In this document: positions 55,401 through 64,000 of the stretch, piece after piece
How positions within the stretch are numbered: the stretch's first letter is position 1
Layout: each line of letters opens with the position of its first letter
NCBI GenBank assembly: GCA_964035545.1
Contig: OZ037766.1
Location: 27,263,673 to 27,327,672, forward strand
DNA length: 64,000 nucleotides
Direction of reading: 5' to 3'
From: Bugula neritina
Lineage: Eukaryota; Animalia; Bryozoa
Notes under the pieces: model-generated
Database searches by the model: none
What the model saw: the letters and a program-made list of their open reading frames with translations, nothing else
What the model was told of the DNA's origin: nothing
Translations under genes and position numbers: made by a program

Positions 55401-57712
55401 TCCGCTGTGGTTGTTGCTGATTCTACCTTGTAGGCTGAGCTGCTTCATATCCAGCCCGAAATTACGGGACAAAGTTGCCGTGGCTCGAGTCTTGAAAGTA
55501 GTGCCCCAGCCTCGGTCATCATACGGGATTTTTGTTATATCCTGACCCATTTCGTGTGCTTTTTCTACAAATCCCGCCAGAATTAAATATGATATACACA
55601 AAATCATACATAAAACTTTTATGAAATATATCAAGTCCAGGTGTTCTTCTACTTTCTTTCTATAACACTAGAAACAAAGAAACACAATTAACTAATTTAA
55701 ATTTTATAATAGAAAATTTGAGCACCTATAAAGTTAAGTAGTAAGAATATAACATTTAGAGTTACTTTCTCTTACCGATCAGCATCCGTAAACATACCTC
55801 TGAGATAAGTTGCCATGACAGGCTTAGCTTTGTCTAGCGGAGTTTCGTCAAACCTGTTAGCAATAGATACGAGAGCTCCATTCTTTATAAGATCTTCTGC
55901 TAAATCTTCATAGCCCCAGAAACAAGCATAGTGAAGAGGGGTGTTACCGTGCTCGTTGACTGCATTCACACTAACCTTTTTCTGTAGCAGCTAAGGATAC
56001 AACAATATCTATTCTCAAGTATATTTAAGATGGTCTTTTGCTAAATCGGCAATTATTATTATGATTTCAGAACTTTTCTCATTGAAATACTGTGAGAAAT
56101 TCAAGCTTTGTGCAATTTTACTTTTACTTACATAATTTTGTTTTAGTACTAAAAATACAAAATGAACAATTAATTTAACAAGCGTTTTCATATTGAATAA
56201 CAGAGTGGCTGCATTATGTAACTGTCATCACCCTTTATTTAATTTCTTATGCTACCAAACAAATTAATATATGCAGCTATGAAGCGTGTTACAACCTGGT
56301 GACAAACTAGTTAAATCCAGCAGTAAAAATAATTCTGGCTGATTCAACTATCAACAAAATTTTTGAGTTCAAAATTTTTAAAATTTGCAATAATATTATT
56401 CAAAATCAAAAGTATGTTCAAATAACTGAGCGATCAGGCAACACAACTACCTTACTATAAAGGTATTTTACAGCGTCATGGCTGAGCAGATAGTGAGTAA
56501 AATAAGACTGAAGTTGCAACAGTTGCTGTAGTTCAGTAGAGAAGAGATAGAGATAGTTCAGCAACAAGAGATAACATACCAGTAGCACAACATCACGTCG
56601 CCCTCTGCTAGCTGCCACATGAAGGGGTGTGTCATCGCCCATGTTAGTTGCAGTGGCCCTGGCACCTCTAGTTATCAACATGTCTACTATGTTAACATGT
56701 CCATCAAAACATGCCCAATGAAGGAGGCTTTGCTGGTGATCATCTCTGTGCAAAATTAGAGAAAATTATTTTATATACACCATCATTTAAAATACCAATA
56801 ATTGCAAAAAGTCACCTCTTATTACCATAGTAAAAACACAATGTCTATTCTATAAACAGTGAAGCAATTCTTTTATTAAAGGCATATAAGATAAAACTCA
56901 GCACATACAGCTCTTAATTTGTTAGAAATTGTGTCGGCTAGACTTTCAAATAAAATGTCAACTGTGTTAGTGTGTAATCTACAGTCTACAGCTGATTTCA
57001 ATTAGGTACAATATTTTCGGAGTTGATTTTTCAACATATATGATATACTATATGTGGCATACATGATATATTTCGTTTAGTGATCTAGATAAAGTATACT
57101 AACATGACTAAATGAATACACTGTGAAGTTTATTGATTGAAAATAGCCATTCAAAGTTTAAGCGAAATGAATTGCAATTATATTTTTCATTTTGATGTGA
57201 GTTTTAGGTGTAACCAGAGAAAGATACATCATACATAGGCTACATTTGTTTTTATTTTGGAAAAACAAAAATATAAACTATTAACAACTATAAACTTGCG
57301 TGAGTTTTTTTATCACTATCAGTATCAGTAATGCCAATGGTAACTAACTAACTTTAACTTTAAGTTAATTCAACAAGTACAACAACTATGAACTAAAATT
57401 TAGTCCAAGAGAAACCGCAAAAGTAAGTCTAATCAGCTGAACTGTTTAATTTTAGGTTCAACTTTTTAATCTTTAGGTTTAACTTAACTAAATTTAATGA
57501 AACTGTATAATTACTGAGTTTAACTTTAAGATGTGAGTTAGACTTGAAGTAAACATTTTGATTTTAGTTAGTTAAATTAAAATTTCAACTTTTAGTTTTA
57601 CTTCAACTTCAACTTGAACTTACGCTTCATTAAGATCATTTTCTGTATTATCCAACCATATTCTAACATTGAGTGAATTTCCTTCACGCACTTGAGAAAA
57701 TATGTCGTCCAT
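52468..57712 (-). CDS. ILK: Integrin-linked kinase (ankyrin repeats + pseudokinase; ~9 exons)
   Basis: [12 protein letters not shown]...[77 protein letters not shown] and CMNED..KRPRFD motifs. Confidence 0.95.
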
Positions 57713-59485
57713 TACATTTACTTATAACGACAAAACAAGATTTGTAAATTTATAAATAACTATCAGTATGTTACTGTTAAGTTCACTAAAGTTAGCCTCT
57801 GCCAAGTTAGGTTGGTCTTGACCCATTTCGTTATAGTAGCCCATGTTCCGTGCAACAACGTAATTCTGTTACCTTCAAAAGTGGTTGGCTGACGAAAATT
57901 TGAGCACTTCGGTATGGAAGGAACTAGGGTTTTGTTTAGCTAATATTTCCAATTGAAGAAAGGGTGGACGTGTTACCCTAACTGAAGCTGTGTGCGCAAG
58001 TATAGAGTCATCGACTAAAATAGAACACTGTTTAACATTTTAATGGAGTTATCTTTTTTTTAGGGTTAGATAACTCTATTCTTGTTAACTTGAATAACTC
58101 AATTTACAATATAATATGTGCTGTGGCTTTAGTTTTAACACCGTTAACAACTACTTTATTATTATTATTCTATTTTGCGACGAAATCATCACTTGGGAGT
58201 ACAAGGCTTTGAGACCAGCGTCTATTTAAAAGGCGTTGACTTTTCACGTCACGGTTATAAGTATTTAAGAGTTATTTTCTCACCAAAATATTTGCTCGAA
58301 TCGAAATTATATTCATACATTTTTGGCGACCAATGATTTTCGTAGGAAACCTTGATAGCTACCATTGACATACGAATTAAGAGTCGGTGAAAATGAAATG
58401 AAATAATTCATCTACAAACAACAAACAACACATTGAAGAGATCATTGAGAATCTTCTGCTCTCCATGTATAGCTATGAAATTGTTCATGCGCCTAGCTAA
58501 ACTAATTAATGTGGATGTTATGATATTGATTGCGAATAAACATTTGTACTAAATTTTCAAAGCATCAATGTCATCAGTACTTGAGAATTTTTGTCTTACT
58601 TATGCCTCAATATTCATTTTAGCTATTTGATGTTTTTTAATCACATTAAAGAAGCAAATTGCTTTCAGTTTAACTTGAAGTTGATGTTCAAGTAAAATGT
58701 AAGCTTTAGTTAAACTTAATCATAATGTTATACTTTAACTTATTGGTATATAATGTTATTGTTAATATTTCAATTTGTTTTACAGTTAATGAGTTACTCA
58801 CAGTTCTAATTTAAGTTGCTGTTCAAGTATATTTGGTTGCTGCAAGCATTCTTGATTTTATTTTTCTGTTGAATCAAAGTAAACAGATTGCTAAAAGTAA
58901 AAGTAAAAGCTAAACTTATATTTATAAGTTATAAGTGAAGGCAAAGGCAGAGTTTTAGTTTGGAATACAAAATTTATTTGAATCTTTTTTTATGTTTTAG
59001 GGAAAGATTTTTGCAGTTAATTGGAATAAAATTGTCATTACTAAAATTATAATGATAATCATTATGGTTATTATATTGATACAGTGGTTATCGTTATTAA
59101 CTGGTAGTCAACAATTAGTCAACTGTAAAATCTAATAGAAAATTTTTGAAATAAAGTTATATAGCATTAATTATAACTACCACTTTGACTCTAAGTTTAT
59201 GAATGAGTTTAATGCTGTATTTTATTAAGTCAATTGTAAAGAAATTAAAATCACATAAAAAACATTGTTACATGCAAACAAAATTATAATCACTTCTGAT
59301 AGCCATAATACCCATATCATTGATGAATGCCATTTTCTTGTTAGTCTATAGATCTTTTAAAATTTTTAACTAATATTTTTCTTGCTTTTGTTTTAGCCTT
59401 GTAATTAGTATATACTATGGTGTTGTCATTTATAAACTAACAAGGAGTCACTATTGTAGTTGAACACATGATATTTCATAAACAA

Positions 59486-62400
59486 TGCGAAACTTCACAG
59501 AACTCTCCCAAAGTCTATTTGGAGGCTTGTCACAGTTATCTTCTCAAAGTAGCAACAGTAAGCTATCTATCTCAGCTAAACATAATTAACTCGTTAAAAA
59601 GTTTCAACTCACTAATGAAATATATAGTCATGTAGCAGTATGAGTTTGAAAAACAATAATGGTGTCTCATGTATACAAGTTTACTAGTTCATAGTGCCAT
59701 TCTATTATATATAATGACGTAATACTGGACTTTATTATAGAGACAAAATTGTTATTAGTTTTATTCATAATTTAATTTGTAACAGTATACAAAACTTTTG
59801 CCCCAAAGTTTTTTAATATAAGTTAAAATAATTTATTTCATCTAAAAGTTTATATATTCTTACATTTGAGCAGTTCTAGTTCAAATATTTTAATTTTTGC
59901 TCCAAAGTTTACTTTGTGTTTTGCACATCTGACTGATGGTTTATGTAGGCAATGCCTCTAGATTAACCCAACTACAGCCAAATCACAATAACAATGGGCC
60001 CGGTACAGCTCTACCCCCTAAACTTGACAGCCTCGATACTCAGTTATCTCAGCAGTCATCTTGCTCACAGTCCCAATCTACTCAGTCACAGAATAATAGA
60101 CAGTCATCAGTGAAATCACAGCTACCCCAGCAGTCACAGTTTCAACATTCACAAAGCCAGTCACAGAACTCCCAGTGCTCACAACCTCTCTCTTTTAATC
60201 TTAAATGTCTGCCACGCTTGCCGTCATCTGTACCTTCATCAAGGTATAATAATAAGTTCTAAAAATATATAAGCAATTTTATTTCATTCTTACAAGTATA
60301 ACTCTTCTATATTCATATTTCACAACACGTAATAACTACATATATCATTTATGCTGCAGCAGAATAATTGTAACAGAAAAAAAGCAACCAGAATATAAGC
60401 CAGCCTTAGAGCCTAGAAAATTCATGAAAGGGGACCAGAATAACAAGTACCGCAGGCTAAGCAAAGATGAACTATATGAAGATGCTATAACATTTTTTAA
60501 GAACTATAGACAGCTCTCCCAGCAGCCCAATTCTAAGACCCAAGAACTTGATACTAATAGCAAATCATCCACAAATACTTATTCCAGTTCTTCATTGCAG
60601 TATGCCTTGTAAGTTGTGTTTGTTCATAAATTGGGCTATTTTAGTTTAGCGCACACACAAATTTTATAGTGGTAGATTCAAACTTGTTTAACGGTAAAGA
60701 GTAAAATTGCTTCAATGCACAGGTGTCCAAAACTGAACTGTTGTCCATGCAATTTTTAGCCAATTGTGATAATATTATTTATTTTAAATAAACTTTTATA
60801 TAGTGATAATATAAAATAAATCACCTTGTTAATTTTTTGACATGCATAATTGCTAGTTTTGCTTCATTTTTTATTTTTAAAAAAAACAAGTAAAAGTTTA
60901 AATATAATAGATATTTAATTCTCACATTTTGTATAAGTTGCTAGCTAGATTCTAGCTACTTCCATACTTCATTTTTGTAATAAAACTAATAATTTGCTTA
61001 TCTTTACATAATATATTTTCTAGGCCAGAGCTGTGTATCACCATCAATAAACTTCAAAAACAGGTAAACTTAGATGCGGTGTATTTTATCTATATGGATT
61101 ATAAGCATATCTAGGTACAATGTATAATTGCTTGTGTAAGTTCTGAAGTTATTACTTATAGTTAGATAAATTCGATGGCTTGGAATCTCTAAAGGAGGAA
61201 ATAAATAAGCTGTTTGAATTTTCAAAAGCCGATTCTCAGAAGCAGGAAGTGCTTAGTAAGATGGAGGATATGTCTGAACAACTCAAAGTACATTCCAAGA
61301 TGCTACAATCATTGCTAGATGATCAGGAGAGTGGCGTGAGCAAAACCAACCAGGTCTGATTCAGCGTATGTTCAAGCGTTTTAGATCATTTTATGCAATT
61401 TTGTCCAGCAAGACTTTTTTTTAGCATACTAGTAGTTTTTTAAATTCTGCAAATAGATGTGATTCCAAGCTTAAATTGATTTATTTAGAGTTGATTTTTC
61501 AACAATTAGCAAGCTTGGATATTTTATATAAATTGCAATTGATGCAATTAATTGAACCAGCCATTCTTCAAGAATGTTCGAAGTTTTTTACTAAAACCTA
61601 TATTTAAATATGCCAAATAATTTTCTACTATAGTTTTAAAATCTGTCATGCCATCTTTATAACAAATCAATGTTATGTTTATAAATTTATGTATATTTCA
61701 TTCATATGTGGGGCATGTAATTTCACTCAATGTAGCATATTACGGTATAGTGCTTTGGTGAATGTATAAGTTGATCTATACATCATAATCATTACAACTA
61801 CAATGCAACAATATACGTAATAGAAAGCAATATGTCATTTTTTCCAGCATATATTATTTGGAAACAGCTATATAAATGTTTTATTGTCAACTTATTCATT
61901 GCCAAAGCAGAAATTTATTAAGTCTGGCTATCTTTTATTTAAGTGTTCTTCAAGTATTGACCAGGAACACAGGTCATGTCAGACAACTCCCAGTGTTGTA
62001 CACAAACCACTGCATAAGATTCCCATAGTTTCTTCTGGGCCTAAATTTGATGGAGGTATGTAAACATTTCGCTGTTAAATGCTGAAAAAGTTATTTTTTA
62101 TGGTAGAAATGTTTTTCTTTCCATGTTAGTTGCTTTATTTCGCTTTATATGCAGTTTATGCTTTATATGTAGAGCCTTATTTTTATATGATAGGAGTAAA
62201 ACTTTGTGCTTGTACCAACTATATTTTTGAGTTAATGTATGCAATTGACAGGCATTTAATCATGCATCTAAATTATACAATAAACATATCTAAGTTTAAT
62301 GAAACTGTTTATTCAATTTTTCTAGTCTTTTTTGTTTCAGCATTTTTAAATTTTTTATTTAGGATTGTCTCAAATAACTGATGTCACATCCCAAGAATTC

Positions 62401-62958
62401 CTGCAGGCAATGTCTAGTGGCCGAATATCTGACACTTTACCATGCACTCTGGCAGGTGCAGCAAGTGCTCCACACACTGTGAGAGCTTCAGCAGGTACTT
62501 TTAGTGTTGCTACTACTCCCGCAGGAGACCTTGATACAGTGACAGCCACAGCAGATTCTCTCAACACTTGGCTAGCCACAACAAGTGCTCTGCTTAACAC
62601 CCATTCGACCTCAGCAAGTGCCCTAAATTCACAGACAGCTAATGAAGGTGCCATCCTTAATACTCAGACAAGCCCAGCAGGTGTTCTCAATACACAGACA
62701 GCCACTGGAGGTGCTCTTCTTTATGCCCAAACAGGTTCAGCACAAGCTCTGAGTACCCAGACCAACAAACTAAGTGCTCAAACCATTCAAAACAGTAAAG
62801 AAAGCACTGAAACAGACGATATACTTTCACCTATCACTTTAGAAAGCAAAATCAACGTGTTGACACCCCCTCCAGCCTTTCTGACACCTGCCAGCCCCAT
62901 CACCCAAGCAGCAAGAAGATACCAAAATACAGAAAACTCAAAGTTAGTTCAGTTTTAA
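59486..62958 (+). CDS. Unknown multi-exon protein: SQ/TQ-rich N-terminus, central coiled coil, Thr/Ala-rich C-terminus
   Basis: Phase-compatible exons at about 59486-59558, 59949-60243, 60360-60608, 61024-61063, 61161-61353, 61944-62055 and 62363-62958. Start and exact junctions are uncertain. Confidence 0.55.
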
Positions 62959-64000
62959 CTTTTACCACATTTATCCTCCTTTAATTTTTCTGAAGTCAAA
63001 CCTTATTCCAAGTCTGTCTTTTGTTAAATATATTATTGTTATGTAATAGTTTCATGTTTCTAACTAAAATCACCTTTCATTGAAAGACAAGGATTAAGGG
63101 AGCATAACTCCACTAGACATCACCGCTACTCCCTGAGATCAGCCGAGAAACCTAAACAGGTTTTAGAAAGCTCCAAAGGGAGAGACAGCAACTCTATTGA
63201 ACATAAACTCGAGTCTGCGCCTGGCAGCGTGAAAAGAGTGTTGAAACTGGAGAAGGCAGAGAAGAAAAAGGAAAACAGGTATACATATTTTCACCAGCTG
63301 CATAATAAATGTTGAAACAGCTAAAAACCACCTCAAATAACTATTATTAAACATTGAAGTAGGTGCAGTAACTGAGAACTTGAGAAAAGCCTGTGTTCTA
63401 GATTCGAAGTGTAGCAAAATAATTTATATGTCTCATCCACGCCCAAATTTATGTATTAAGAAAGTTATAGAACCTATAGGCTATATTTCAATGTCTCAAT
63501 TGTACTGAGCCTAAATGTAACAGTTGAGTTTTTGTAGTGGATCATAACATACTTGTGCATATGCTGTGGTAAACTTAGATGCACACTGACTCTGCTATAA
63601 AATAAACTAAATTATGTGCACGCTTGACCTTATTTACACTCTACTCCACCTGCTCACTATTCACTATTTCTTGCTTGCCTAGGTTATTTATTATATTGTA
63701 CTTTTCTTTTAAGCTGCAGGAGTAATCTAAACTGTGTAAATATTCGGAGCTCTTCCCCCTTTCGATACTTATAAATTAAAAAGTATTCAGAATCTGTAAC
63801 TTTCTGAAATGTCTCAGAGGAGACAACTCTGCTATTATATGTTATTACACAGTATATTCAAAGTTCCCCTCAACAGAACCAAGGCTAGAGTTACTGCTGT
63901 TCAACGTTCACCCCACCTTACAGCTAAATCTAATCTCAAATCAAGACCTCAGGCTACACACAGTCACACAGGTAACTTATTTGAAGATATAATATAAAAT

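Noticed and set aside
63090-64000. Possible repeat or TE starting at TTAAGGG near the window end
   Set aside because: No partner TIR or recognisable coding motif within the window.

Overview
AT-rich, intron-containing animal (invertebrate-type) genomic DNA; the species cannot be assigned from sequence alone. Bases 1-18.2 kb are a nested transposon cluster. It starts with the 3' end of an older Gypsy-type element (+), whose 3' UTR carries a TTAA piggyBac MITE and whose 3' LTR is split by a young, intact 7.5-kb Ty3/Gypsy element (-, 1217-8720). A dead hAT/Buster transposase follows, then a decayed relative of the intact Gypsy (+) carrying three further nested insertions. Bases 18.8-63 kb are host genes: two tandem sorbitol dehydrogenases (-), GNPDA (+), YIPF6 (+), an unrecognised secreted prohormone-like gene (-) with two Penelope-like elements and hammerhead-ribozyme motifs in one intron, ILK (-), and a divergent SQ/TQ-rich coiled-coil gene (+). 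The most notable observation is a third gene in the env position of the intact Gypsy that is not an envelope. It encodes a C2H2 plus C2HC zinc-finger, Arg/Ser-Pro and coiled-coil protein with no ATG of its own. It can be joined in frame to the first 14 gag codons by a consensus splice, and both the protein motifs and the branch-point/acceptor spacing are conserved in the diverged second copy. The second highlight is the 8-exon secreted precursor with repeated ~48-aa peptides bounded by GKR/KR sites. All gene models were read by eye and no database searches were run.
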